DNA of 31,385 nt, from the NCBI GenBank assembly GCA_964587625.1, contig CAZPLU010000030.1:1-31385 (forward strand), in the 5' to 3' direction. Within the stretch, counting starts at the first letter, position 1; each line of letters opens with the position of its first letter. The stretch is from an uncultured Eubacteriales bacterium. Its GTDB lineage: Bacteria; Bacillota; Clostridia; Oscillospirales; JAKOTC01. The notes under the pieces were generated by a model, which saw only the letters and a list, made by a program, of their open reading frames with translations, searched no databases and was not told the DNA's origin. The position numbers were made by a program, and so were the translations under genes. Shown here in pieces: positions 1-8,400 of the stretch.

Positions 1-613
1 CGACATTATTCGACATCGTCTCTTCGTTTTCGCGCTCCGCCGCTGCCTTCGCGTCTTGCTTTCCAGCGTCGTACATCGCCCAGAGTTGGTCAATATAAAG
101 CCCCGCCGCGGCATCGTCCTTTGTTTTTCGGGATAAGTCCACGCCGTTCAGACCGGCGTTGTACGCGTCGGTCAGGTTCTGTCTGCGCTGCTCTTTGTAA
201 TTGTCCGAAACATTGACCAAAAACCCTGCCAGCGCCTTTGATCCCGCCTCCCCCAACGCCGAAGCGGTTTGGGCTTGATTATTTGCACTCCCGCTCGCCG
301 TATTCGCAGCCGGAATGGCGGCGATGTTCAACACGTCCTCCTCCGGCCTATAGATCGGCTGCATTTCGGGCGGCTCGGGGACTCTCGGCTCGGGAATTGA
401 CGGCTCGACAATTTCCCGGGTGACGGTCGGCTCGGAGGATGTCAATCCGGGGGGCATTGTACCGGAAGACGTTGCGCCGAGAGACGTTGCGCCTTGATTC
501 ATCGGCTCATACGGATCCCATATGTTCGGCAGTTCCGGCGCGGTGTAGTTTTTCACCAAAAGCCCCTTTTCTTCCATTTCCCTCCATAGTTTTCTCAATT
601 GCTCAATACTCAT
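1..613 (-). CDS. hypothetical protein, N-terminal ~204 codons (gene runs off the left edge)
   Basis: Hand translation of the minus strand. ATG at 613-611 is preceded by AGGAGG (628-623, 9-nt spacer). I checked every codon and the frame stays open down to position 2. It is absent from the ORF track because no stop lies in the window. The product starts MSIEQLRKLWREMEEKGLLVKNY, followed by a Pro/Ser/Thr/Glu-rich linker (PPGLTSSEPTVTREIVEPSIPEPRVPEPPEMQP) and then an Ala/Gly/Asn-rich part. No family recognised. Confidence 0.6.
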   Translation of the reverse strand, partial: MSIEQLRKLWREMEEKGLLVKNYTAPELPNIWDPYEPMNQGATSLGATSSGTMPPGLTSSEPTVTREIVEPSIPEPRVPEPPEMQPIYRPEEDVLNIAAIPAANTASGSANNQAQTASALGEAGSKALAGFLVNVSDNYKEQRRQNLTDAYNAGLNGVDLSRKTKDDAAAGLYIDQLWAMYDAGKQDAKAAAERENEETMSNNV

Positions 614-655
614 TTTCATTGACCTCCTGTAAATTGAAATCAGTACGCGACAGTG

Positions 656-786
656 ATGGTGAAGCCGCTTGAAAAATCAAGGTGGAGAAGCCGCTTGAAA
701 ATCAAGATGGTAAAACCGCTTGAAAAATCAAGGTGGAGAAGCCGCTTGAAAAATCACACTGGTAAAACCGCTTGAAAACCAAGATG
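656..786. repeat. five tandem iteron-like direct repeats (period 25-26 bp)
   Basis: The core CCGCTTGAAAA starts at 665, 691, 716, 742 and 768. Units alternate between GGTGGAGAAGCCGCTTGAAAAATCA and GGTAAAACCGCTTGAAAAATCAA variants, giving a ~51-bp super-period. Each unit carries the inverted repeat CTTGA-N3/4-TCAAG. A partial inverted copy (TCAGCGGT) lies at 791-798. The array sits 45-175 bp upstream of the minus-strand gene that starts at 613. Confidence 0.85.
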
Positions 787-1159
787 AGAATCAGCGGTCA
801 TCGGCTTCGCGATACACGCGCTTCCATCTAAAGCATAACATATTTAAAACTTATATTTCGACCCCACGAGGCATTTTGTTCTTTTGGTTGAAATTCCGCA
901 TAACGGCCGGATTTTTACTTCGCTCACTTTGTATCCTCACAATCCGAATCCGGTGCCGTTCATGCGCCGATCGTTCATTATGAATGATGCGTTCAACGCC
1001 GCAGAACCGCCATATGTGCTTTTCACGAAATCCGACCGCGTTCCGTTCAATTTTTTATCTAACTTCCCGATATTGAAAATATTAGAACTATGTATTACTA
1101 TTATTACAGCAAAAACCCGTGGTTTCCATCCCAATGCGTATAAGGCGGAATTAAAAAGT

Positions 1160-1188
1160 TTGACAAAACACCGACAATCGTTTAAAAT
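1160..1188 (+). promoter_or_regulatory. sigma-A type promoter for the 1240 gene
   Basis: TTGACA (1160-1165), 17-nt spacer, TAAAAT (1183-1188). GGAGG at 1224-1228 lies ahead of the ATG at 1240. Confidence 0.6.
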
Positions 1189-1239
1189 AACTACTTAATT
1201 TCATCTTTCCAAAATCGTTCAAAGGAGGCGTACATCATT

Positions 1240-2685
1240 ATGGCATACAACCCCAGGCCCGACCGCACCGAGGAAGATAAAAAAACCGTGTATTTTTCCG
1301 ACAACACCAATGTACTGGAACAATCGGTCTATGAATATCAACTTCAGGAGCGCGAGAAACCGAATCTTTACCGCAATCTGTTCGATTACGAAAGCGTGCC
1401 GAAAATCGCGTTTAACCACCGCGTTGTGCCGATGAAAACGCCGAAAGAGCTGTGGATTACCGACACCACCTTCCGCGACGGGCAGCAATCCACCTCGCCG
1501 TTCACGGTCAAGCAGATCGTCGACCTGTATCAGATGATGCACCGTCTCGGCGGTAAAAAGGGCTTGATTCGGCAGAGTGAGTTTTTTGTCTATACCCAAA
1601 AAGACCGAGAAGCGGTCGACAAATGCCTGTCCCTCGGTTATCAATTCCCCGAGGTCACCAGCTGGATCCGCGCCAGTGAAAACGATTTCAAACTGGTGAA
1701 AGAAATCGGTATCAAAGAGACGGGCATCTTGGTCAGCTGCTCTGATTACCACATCTACAACAAGATGGGTCTGACACGCAAACAGGCGCTCGACAAATAT
1801 TTAGGCGTGGTCAAATCGGTGCTGGGTTACGGCATCCGCCCGCGCTGCCATTTCGAGGATATCACACGCGCCGATTTTTACGGATTCGTCGTGCCGCTTG
1901 CAAGAGCGCTACACGATCTCTCGCTCGAAAGCGGCATCCCGATCAAAGTCCGCGCCTGCGATACCATGGGCTACGGCGTCTCCTTCCCGGGCGTTGCGCT
2001 GCCCCGAAGCGTACCCGGCATTGTCTACGGTTTGATGCATTATGCCCAAATCCCGAGCGGCATGCTCGAATGGCACGGACACAACGATTTTTATAAAGTT
2101 GTCACCAACTCTACGACCGCTTGGCTTTACGGCAGCAGCAGCGTCAACTGCGCGTTGCTGGGCATCGGCGAGCGCACGGGCAACTGTCCGCTTGAGGCGA
2201 TGGTTGTCGAATATTGTTCTCTGCACGGTACCAATGACGGTATGAACCTGCCTGTGATCACCGAAATCGCCCGTTACTTCGAGGATGAAATCGGTTATGA
2301 AATTCCGCCGCGCACCCCGTTTGTCGGCCGCAGCTTCAATGTCACCCGCGCAGGTATCCATGCCGACGGCCTGCTCAAGGATGAGGAGATTTATAACATT
2401 TTTAACACCCAAAAGCTGCTGCACCGCCCGCCGACGGTCTCGGTCGATTCCCACAGCGGTCTCGCCGGCATCGCGCTTTGGATGAACCGCTTTTTCCGTC
2501 TTGAGGAAGGCAAGTGCGTCGATAAAAAGAGCGATTTGGTCGCCAAGGTCAAGGAACAGGTCGACCTCGAATATGCCGAAGGCCGCAATACCGTGATGGG
2601 TGACGGCGAATTGGAACGAATCATCAAACGCATCGACCCCGCGGCTTATAAAGAACTCACCCGCGCCCATCTGAAAGACAAGTAA
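1240..2685 (+). CDS. HMGL-like Claisen-condensing enzyme of the LeuA/NifV (isopropylmalate/homocitrate synthase) family, possibly a Re-citrate synthase type
   Basis: 481-aa ORF with the hallmark DTTFRDGQQ motif (ITDTTFRDGQQS). It also has the HxH metal site (WHGHND) and the TIM-barrel aldolase pattern (CHFEDITRAD, RACDTMG). It lacks the long LeuA C-terminal regulatory domain. Assignment to the Re-citrate synthase subgroup is an inference from size and layout. Confidence 0.8.
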   Translation: MAYNPRPDRTEEDKKTVYFSDNTNVLEQSVYEYQLQEREKPNLYRNLFDYESVPKIAFNHRVVPMKTPKELWITDTTFRDGQQSTSPFTVKQIVDLYQMMHRLGGKKGLIRQSEFFVYTQKDREAVDKCLSLGYQFPEVTSWIRASENDFKLVKEIGIKETGILVSCSDYHIYNKMGLTRKQALDKYLGVVKSVLGYGIRPRCHFEDITRADFYGFVVPLARALHDLSLESGIPIKVRACDTMGYGVSFPGVALPRSVPGIVYGLMHYAQIPSGMLEWHGHNDFYKVVTNSTTAWLYGSSSVNCALLGIGERTGNCPLEAMVVEYCSLHGTNDGMNLPVITEIARYFEDEIGYEIPPRTPFVGRSFNVTRAGIHADGLLKDEEIYNIFNTQKLLHRPPTVSVDSHSGLAGIALWMNRFFRLEEGKCVDKKSDLVAKVKEQVDLEYAEGRNTVMGDGELERIIKRIDPAAYKELTRAHLKDK

Positions 2686-2690
2686 ACTAA

Positions 2691-2724
2691 AAAAAACGCC
2701 GTTTTTATGCGGCGTTTTCTTTTT
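2691..2724. terminator. bidirectional intrinsic terminator between convergent genes
   Basis: Stem AAAACGCCG (2693-2701) pairs with CGGCGTTTT (2710-2718), with an 8-nt loop. An A-run lies on the left and a T-run (TTTTCTTTTT) on the right. It sits between the stops at 2685 (+) and 2773 (-). Confidence 0.8.
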
Positions 2725-2772
2725 AGTGTGGGGCTCGTTGGTAAAAGACCTCTGATCAAATTGCAACACATT

Positions 2773-3984
2773 CTAAATACCGCTCCGAAAATACGACCCG
2801 ACCGTCTCCTGTGCAAAGCGGATCCCATCGGCGCTTTGGCAGAAATGCACCGAAAATTTCCCTCGCTGCTCCGGAAATTGTTTTAAATATTCCTGTGTGA
2901 CCGATTGATTAATGGTCTCACGAAACGAGGGATCTGATAACGCCATACAGCTACCTCTGAATCCGAAGCCGGAAAATCGGCCGCCGTAAATGCCGTCGGT
3001 CTTGCGCATGATGTGAAACAGCGCAATCAACTCAGCGCAGCCGGTTTCATAGTTTTTGATTGAGCTGAGACAGCTGTCAAAACAACACTGTCCGAATTGA
3101 GCCAAATCACCGTTTTTCCAGGCCGCAATCCCCTGTTCTACCCGCGCAAACTCCGTGTAAAAATGCTCTGCCCGCTTGCGCCAATTTATCGGCAGCTTGC
3201 CTTTATGCCGCTCAAAATCCGCATATGGGACGTCACGCAGCCGGGCATCGAAAAATTTTTCGTATTCCCGACCGCTGTAGGCAAGCAACGCATAGGCCGC
3301 GGCCTTGCACTCATCGACCCGCATATTGTATGCGGAACCCACCAAGGTCCGCTCGAGGCCGCTGAAAAAGATTGCGACCTCAAATTCCGGCATGTTCGGA
3401 TTTCGGGGGATCAGCGCGTGACTGCCGTCTTGGACATCCAAACACAGCAAACGATCTTTTTTTCCGTACACCTCGCAATAGGGATCGAATTTTCCGCTGG
3501 AAATACCGACATATTTGTTTTCGGCATTTTGTGTGAAGTCGACAAGTTCTTCGGGCTTCAATGCGATCCCGTTCACATGACCGAGCGCGATCAAGAATGC
3601 GATGATCACCGCCGAAGAGGAGGAGAGCCCGCCGATGGGCAGGTCTCCCGCTATTAAACCGGTAATTCCGTTTTTAATTTTATATTTTTCCCCGAGAATC
3701 AAAGCCGCGCCGCGCAAGTGATCGGCCCAATCGTTTTGCCGTTCTTTTGGGATTTTACAGACATGGAAACGAACCCGTTTTTCGAAATTGAGCGAACACA
3801 ATTCGATTTCACCGTTTGTTTCCCGCCTATAAGCGATGTAAACGCCTTTATTCAAAGAAAAACCCGTGATTTTTCCGGACTGGTGATCCGAGTGGGCGCC
3901 TATGGGGCTGACGCGATACGGACAAAAGGCAACTGCTTGGGGTTCTTGTAAATAAATGCGGTTGAATTCTTCTGCGCATTTCAC
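2773..3984 (-). CDS. GHMP-family sugar kinase (galactokinase-like)
   Basis: 403 aa. It has a GalK-like N-terminal signature (PYRVSPIGAHSDHQSG, compare PGRVNLIGEHTDY) and the GHMP motif II PIGGLSSSSA. The start is GTG at 3984, 4 nt after the upstream stop. It is the last gene of the glycan operon. Confidence 0.8.
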   Translation of the reverse strand: MKCAEEFNRIYLQEPQAVAFCPYRVSPIGAHSDHQSGKITGFSLNKGVYIAYRRETNGEIELCSLNFEKRVRFHVCKIPKERQNDWADHLRGAALILGEKYKIKNGITGLIAGDLPIGGLSSSSAVIIAFLIALGHVNGIALKPEELVDFTQNAENKYVGISSGKFDPYCEVYGKKDRLLCLDVQDGSHALIPRNPNMPEFEVAIFFSGLERTLVGSAYNMRVDECKAAAYALLAYSGREYEKFFDARLRDVPYADFERHKGKLPINWRKRAEHFYTEFARVEQGIAAWKNGDLAQFGQCCFDSCLSSIKNYETGCAELIALFHIMRKTDGIYGGRFSGFGFRGSCMALSDPSFRETINQSVTQEYLKQFPEQRGKFSVHFCQSADGIRFAQETVGSYFRSGI

Positions 3985-3988
3985 TTTT

Positions 3989-4870
3989 TTACCGCCCTTT
4001 CTGCCTTCGATTCGGTAAAGTCAGCCAACTCCCGATCAACCGGTCCCAATCCTCGTTTTCAAATCTTTTAATCCCCGAATCGGGATAAAACGTCATTTCC
4101 CCCATATACAACTTGCCTTGGACTTCATAAAAATCCAGTCGGATAAACGGGAATCCCTCGGCCAAAATTTTACCGACGCGAACCATTTCGTCCAAAGCCG
4201 CCGGGCGTTCGACCGGCCCTCCCCGCTGCGTATGAATTTTTCGAAACGGCAGGGAGTTCCATTGCATATCATAATAATTTAACAACAATCCGCCGTCTCC
4301 GAATCTGTTCCGGCACACACATACCATGCGGGGCATTCCGTTGAAGCAATATAATTTGAAATCCGCCACCGCGTTCCCGTCGTTGTCGGTCAAAAGTTCT
4401 TCCGCCAAAATGCGCGGCCGGATGTTCCGGTATTCCGGTTCGCGCCCCTGGTGGTAAAAATTGCGCCGCATCCAGCGGTCGGCCTCTTTTTTTAACAATG
4501 CCCGGTCGAGTTTTGACCGATCCGTGCAAATCACGACATTGCCGGACACGTGATTGGGCTTTAATACGAACCGCTCCGGCAGTTCGTCAAACGGGATGTC
4601 CTCGAAACGATCCCAAACCCCAAGTGTTTTTACGAGATATTCGGAGCCGATCCGATCCGCGATGTGTTGTTTGGCAAGGACTTTGTCAACCAGCGCACCC
4701 CGTTCGGCGTTTCCGTGATGAATTTTCATCCAGCAGAGTTTATCGTTGAATGTCTCCGGATTTTTGAGATTGCACTTTTTCCCCATATGATATCGATAAT
4801 CAATTTTAACCCATAATTTCATCGGCAAAAGCCGCATCACGGTTTGTTTCAAAAAAGTCGCCGTTTTCAA
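3989..4870 (-). CDS. TupA-like ATP-grasp protein (polysaccharide/teichuronopeptide-type biosynthesis)
   Basis: 293 aa with the pattern typical of the ATPgrasp_TupA family: KKCNLKNPETFNDKLCWMKI near the N-terminus, VLKPNHVSG, and IRLDFYEVQGKLYMGEMTFYP. TTG start at 4870 with GGGAG 9 nt upstream. Confidence 0.75.
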   Translation of the reverse strand: MKTATFLKQTVMRLLPMKLWVKIDYRYHMGKKCNLKNPETFNDKLCWMKIHHGNAERGALVDKVLAKQHIADRIGSEYLVKTLGVWDRFEDIPFDELPERFVLKPNHVSGNVVICTDRSKLDRALLKKEADRWMRRNFYHQGREPEYRNIRPRILAEELLTDNDGNAVADFKLYCFNGMPRMVCVCRNRFGDGGLLLNYYDMQWNSLPFRKIHTQRGGPVERPAALDEMVRVGKILAEGFPFIRLDFYEVQGKLYMGEMTFYPDSGIKRFENEDWDRLIGSWLTLPNRRQKGR

Positions 4871-4896
4871 ACGTCTTCACTCCCGTTCAATGGTGG

Positions 4897-5949
4897 TCAG
4901 CCGCCAAGCACTTCGCTCCATTTTTTAATAATCCTCTCTGCGCGAAACTGCTCACAGTCCGTTGCTCCCTGTTCGCCCATCCTCTCTCTCAGGTCGCCGT
5001 CACCGAGCGCTTTAATCATGGCTTTTGCCATGGCGTCGATATTGCCGACCGGTACCATGAGACCGTTTTCACCGTCTTTGATGAATTCGTTCGAGCCCGC
5101 GCAGTCGGTTGATACCACCGGCAGACCCATCATCATGGCCTCTAACATCGCGTTGGAAAATCCCTCGTAATCCGACGAGAGCACGAACAGCTCGGCATCG
5201 GCAATGCACGCGTGGATGTTCGGCATGTTCCCGGGCAAAAAGATGAACTCCTCCAAACCCAGCGATTGGATCTGTTTTTCAAGCGCCTCCCGCAAGTACC
5301 CTTCGCCGTAAATGACCAGCCGACGGTCGGGAAAACGCTCATGCACCTGCGCGAAGGCCTCGATCAGCGCCTTGTGGTTTTTTTGCGGCATCAACCGTCC
5401 GGCGGTCACAATCTTTTTTTGCTTTTCGGAGGAGACCGGCACGGCGGCACGGATCGGATTGGGGATCACAACGCCCTTTTGCGCGATCCGCCCTTTAAAG
5501 CAGCGCATCGCGTATTTTGTTTGAAACACAATGCGGTCCGCTTTGGGATACAGCAGCTTGACGCCGACTCTGACGGCTATCCCCCTTCCGTCCCGGGCGG
5601 GGTCGTTTCGTTCCGAGATGATGATTTTTTGCTTCAGCCCCCGGGCCGCGAGCAGCACGAGGATGTTGATCCGAGCCACGAACGAGAGCACAACATCGGG
5701 CTTTTCACGGCGGATCAGCGCTCTGATTTCACGCAACCAAAACGGAATCCGCAAAACACGGTTGTCGATGTTGCCGGAAAGGTCTATCAATCGGACCGAG
5801 GGATTCAAGGGATATCCGCATCGGTTTTTCAACAGCATCACGATGCCGACGTCCCACCCTTTGGATGCATAACGGTCAGATATAATGGAGATCACCCGCT
5901 CTGCGCCGCCCCGTTCCATGCTGCCCAAAAAAATCAAAATTTTTTTCAA
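4897..5949 (-). CDS. GT4-family (GT-B) glycosyltransferase
   Basis: 350 aa. N-terminus is GSMERGGAERV. The EX7E region is SDYEGFSNAMLEAMMMGLPVVSTD, followed by FIKDGENGLMVP. The TTG start lies 1 nt after the upstream stop, with GGGAG 7 nt upstream. Confidence 0.85.
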   Translation of the reverse strand: MKKILIFLGSMERGGAERVISIISDRYASKGWDVGIVMLLKNRCGYPLNPSVRLIDLSGNIDNRVLRIPFWLREIRALIRREKPDVVLSFVARINILVLLAARGLKQKIIISERNDPARDGRGIAVRVGVKLLYPKADRIVFQTKYAMRCFKGRIAQKGVVIPNPIRAAVPVSSEKQKKIVTAGRLMPQKNHKALIEAFAQVHERFPDRRLVIYGEGYLREALEKQIQSLGLEEFIFLPGNMPNIHACIADAELFVLSSDYEGFSNAMLEAMMMGLPVVSTDCAGSNEFIKDGENGLMVPVGNIDAMAKAMIKALGDGDLRERMGEQGATDCEQFRAERIIKKWSEVLGG

Positions 5950-5950
5950 T

Positions 5951-7162
5951 TCAACACTCCCTGCCGGCTGTCATTAATTCATTTTTTTCTTTTTTTACCC
6001 CGGCGCCATAAAGCTCCCGCATCCGTTCCGCGACCGCTTCGGACGAAAATCCCCCGACCCGCGCGGCGTTGAATGCGCCGAAATCCCGACGCAGCGCGGC
6101 ATCGTCCATCAGTTCTTTCAACCCTTTTGCGAATCCGGATACATCCCGGGGAGCGTACAAAAAACCGCCCTTTCGGCTGACAATCAAATCCCTGTTGCCC
6201 CGGATATCGGAACACAACGCCGGCAGTCCGGCTGCCATCGCCTCCATCAGCGACAAGGGCAGCCCCTCTTGGAATGAGGATAAACACAACACATCGGCGC
6301 AGTGATAGAGGGCGGAAACATCACTGCGGTAACCCAAAAAATACACCCGTTCGGCAATGCCGAGTCGCTCGGCCAGCCGCCGCAGTTTTTGTTCTTCTCG
6401 ACCGAATCCCGCCAATATGTAGTGAATTGTGCTTGTCCGGGCGATCGCCTTTAATATGGTTTTTTGGTTCTTTCTCGCAGACAATTCGCCCACGGTGATT
6501 GCCGTAAACGCATCATGGCGTATGCAGAGCTTGTCCCGCAACGCTTCTCTGCTGACCGTCTCCGCTTGAAAGCGCGGCAGATCGACGCCGACTCCCTGTA
6601 CATAGACGGTATTCACGGCATACAGACGCCTTTTTGCAAATGTAAAATCCTCTTGGTTGATGGTGATCAAAAGATCGGTAAAACGCGAACAATACCGCTC
6701 GATGGGATAATAGACAAGCCAATTCAAAAGTGGCGCGCCCTTGTAAAAATGAAAGCCGTGCGCCGTGTAGATCATTTTTGCGCCGGCCGGCTTTCCGGCT
6801 TTTCGGGCACACAGCCGCGCCAAAACACCGCCGATCGGCGAATGGCAATGGACGATCCGGTATTGATTTTCCCGATAAATTTTTTGGAACATCCGTACCG
6901 AAGCGGCGATCTTTTTTAACGCGAGGATGTTTCTCGGGATGGGTATGTCGAATACTTGAATCCTGCGTTCTTGCAACTCCGCTTTGAATTCATCGACGCG
7001 TGCCCGGTCGGTGATGTTGCCGATCCGGAAATTAGCGGCCACATGGATCTCATACCCCAAGGATTGCAATATTTCGATGTTCCCCATGTTGAACAGATCG
7101 ATCATGGAGGCGACGGAAGCCGTCATCAGCGCTTTGGGTTTACCTTCAACGGCCGGCTTCAT
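5951..7162 (-). CDS. GT4-family (GT-B) glycosyltransferase
   Basis: EX7E region SSFQEGLPLSLMEAMAAGLPALCSD. The ORF track begins at GTG 7171. The ATG at 7162 (MKPAVEG...) has better spacing to the AAAGGGGTG RBS. First gene of the operon. Confidence 0.85.
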   Translation of the reverse strand: MKPAVEGKPKALMTASVASMIDLFNMGNIEILQSLGYEIHVAANFRIGNITDRARVDEFKAELQERRIQVFDIPIPRNILALKKIAASVRMFQKIYRENQYRIVHCHSPIGGVLARLCARKAGKPAGAKMIYTAHGFHFYKGAPLLNWLVYYPIERYCSRFTDLLITINQEDFTFAKRRLYAVNTVYVQGVGVDLPRFQAETVSREALRDKLCIRHDAFTAITVGELSARKNQKTILKAIARTSTIHYILAGFGREEQKLRRLAERLGIAERVYFLGYRSDVSALYHCADVLCLSSFQEGLPLSLMEAMAAGLPALCSDIRGNRDLIVSRKGGFLYAPRDVSGFAKGLKELMDDAALRRDFGAFNAARVGGFSSEAVAERMRELYGAGVKKEKNELMTAGREC

Positions 7163-7267
7163 AAACGTCACCCCTTTTCAAAGCCGTTCTTTTTACCGCA
7201 GAGTATCAAAACAGGATGTTCTTTTTATAGGAACGCAAGCTCCGGCGCCGTGTAGATTCTAAACGGA

Positions 7268-7296
7268 ATTATACGCTTTATCGACTGATATGTCTA
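7268..7296 (-). promoter_or_regulatory. candidate promoter of the GT4-GT4-ATP-grasp-kinase operon
   Basis: Read on the minus strand: TAGACA (7296-7291), 17 nt, TATAAT (7273-7268). It lies ~100 nt upstream of the start in an AT-rich spacer. Confidence 0.5.
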
Positions 7297-7378
7297 TATT
7301 TTTCGATGTAAAATTTAAATTTTTTATCGATTGGCAAGGCAACCGAAAGGAAAGGTTCCTTTCACCGTGTGGCGGGAG

Positions 7379-8329
7379 CTATTTCACCAAATCGCTCAAA
7401 TACCCGTACCCCTCGTTTTCCATGTCCTCTTTGGGGACAAACCGCAGCGCCGCGCTGTTGATGCAGTAGCGCAGTCCGCCCTTTTCCTTCGGTCCGTCGT
7501 TGAACACATGCCCCAGATGCGCGTCGCCGACCCGGCTGCGCACCTCGGTGCGGATCCTGCCGAACGACAGATCGGATTTTTCATGCACCACCGACGGGTC
7601 GATCGGCTTTGAAAACGCGGGCCAGCCGCAGCCCGATTCAAATTTATCGCTTGAAGAAAACAGCGGCTCTCCGCTGGTAATATCGACATAAATACCCTCA
7701 CGGTAGTGGTCGAAGAATTCATTTTGAAACGGCGGTTCGGTGGCGCTGTTTTGCGTGACCGCAAATTGCATCTCGCTTAGGTTTTTTTGCAACGCCTCGG
7801 CGTCCTGCGGCGTATAACCCGCCGGATTCACCACGGCTTTCGCGGCCTTTTCAAACTTCTCGGGTTTGATGTGACAGTACCCGCCCGGATTCTTGTCGAG
7901 ATATTTTTGGTGATATTCCTCGGCGGGATAAAAGTTTTCAAGCGGCTTGACTTCGATGGCGACCGGCTTTTCCAGACGCTTTTGCAAGTTCATAACCGAC
8001 TGTTTGATGATCGGAAAATCGGCCTCGTCGATATAATAGATCCCCGTGCGATATTGCGTTCCGGCGTCCCCGCCCTGCCTGTTCATTGAAGTCGGATCAA
8101 CGGCCGAATAGTAGAGTTCCAGCAAAAAGTCCGGCGGGACGATTTTCGGATCATATTCCACTTTTACCGTCTCGGCGTGACCGGTATCGTTGTCGCAGAC
8201 CTCCCGATAAGTCGGGTTCGCGGTTTTGCCGTTGGCATAGCCGACCTCGGTCGCCTTCACCCCGCGCACCGACGCAATATATTTTTCCATGCCCCAAAAG
8301 CAGCCGCCCGCCAAATAAATCTCCGCCAT
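7379..8329 (-). CDS. msrAB: bifunctional peptide-methionine (S)/(R)-S-oxide reductase MsrA-MsrB fusion
   Basis: The MsrA active site GGCFWG sits at the N-terminus. The MsrB domain carries GCGWPAF and the catalytic RYCINS. The ATG at 8329 is preceded by GAGGAGG (8341-8335). The track start at 8344 is a TTG inside that RBS. Confidence 0.93.
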   Translation of the reverse strand: MAEIYLAGGCFWGMEKYIASVRGVKATEVGYANGKTANPTYREVCDNDTGHAETVKVEYDPKIVPPDFLLELYYSAVDPTSMNRQGGDAGTQYRTGIYYIDEADFPIIKQSVMNLQKRLEKPVAIEVKPLENFYPAEEYHQKYLDKNPGGYCHIKPEKFEKAAKAVVNPAGYTPQDAEALQKNLSEMQFAVTQNSATEPPFQNEFFDHYREGIYVDITSGEPLFSSSDKFESGCGWPAFSKPIDPSVVHEKSDLSFGRIRTEVRSRVGDAHLGHVFNDGPKEKGGLRYCINSAALRFVPKEDMENEGYGYLSDLVK

Positions 8330-8400
8330 AATGATCCTCCTCAAAAAACATATTTATTATATCCCATCGCAGCCGATACCATGATAAATATTGCGTCGGT

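Noticed and set aside
656-786. Possible CRISPR array
   Set aside because: The units abut one another with no unique spacers. The period of only 25-26 bp is shorter than a repeat-plus-spacer unit, and no cas genes are present. These are tandem protein-binding-site-like repeats instead.
884-1198. ORFs 884..1198 (+) and 937..1134 (-) in the 350-bp gap upstream of the 1240 gene
   Set aside because: They have no RBS and mutually overlap on opposite strands. Their composition is odd and I recognised no motif. The plus ORF would run through the predicted promoter of the next gene. I treat the region as noncoding, function unknown.
1219-2769. Long antisense or alternative-frame ORFs inside well-supported genes (for example 1219..1752, 1909..2769, 5212..6072, 15396..15971, 17728..18273 and 19051..19746)
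   Set aside because: Their translations are Arg/Gly/Ala/Pro-rich and without motifs, and they lack RBSs. Each fully overlaps a gene with clear family signatures. This is the typical shadow-ORF artefact of GC-rich coding sequence.
5414-5420. Homopolymer tracts in glycosyltransferase genes as phase-variation switches (T7 at 5414-5420; A7/T7 runs near 5931-5946 and 5981-6000)
   Set aside because: The tracts are only 7 nt of A/T and mostly encode Lys-rich segments or lie at gene junctions. This is below the length usually associated with slipped-strand contingency loci.
7330-7378. GAAAGGAA...TTCCTTTC hairpin downstream of msrAB as a terminator
   Set aside because: It is an 8-bp A/T-rich stem with only a 3-nt loop and no adjacent U-tract on the relevant strand, so it is not convincing as an intrinsic terminator.
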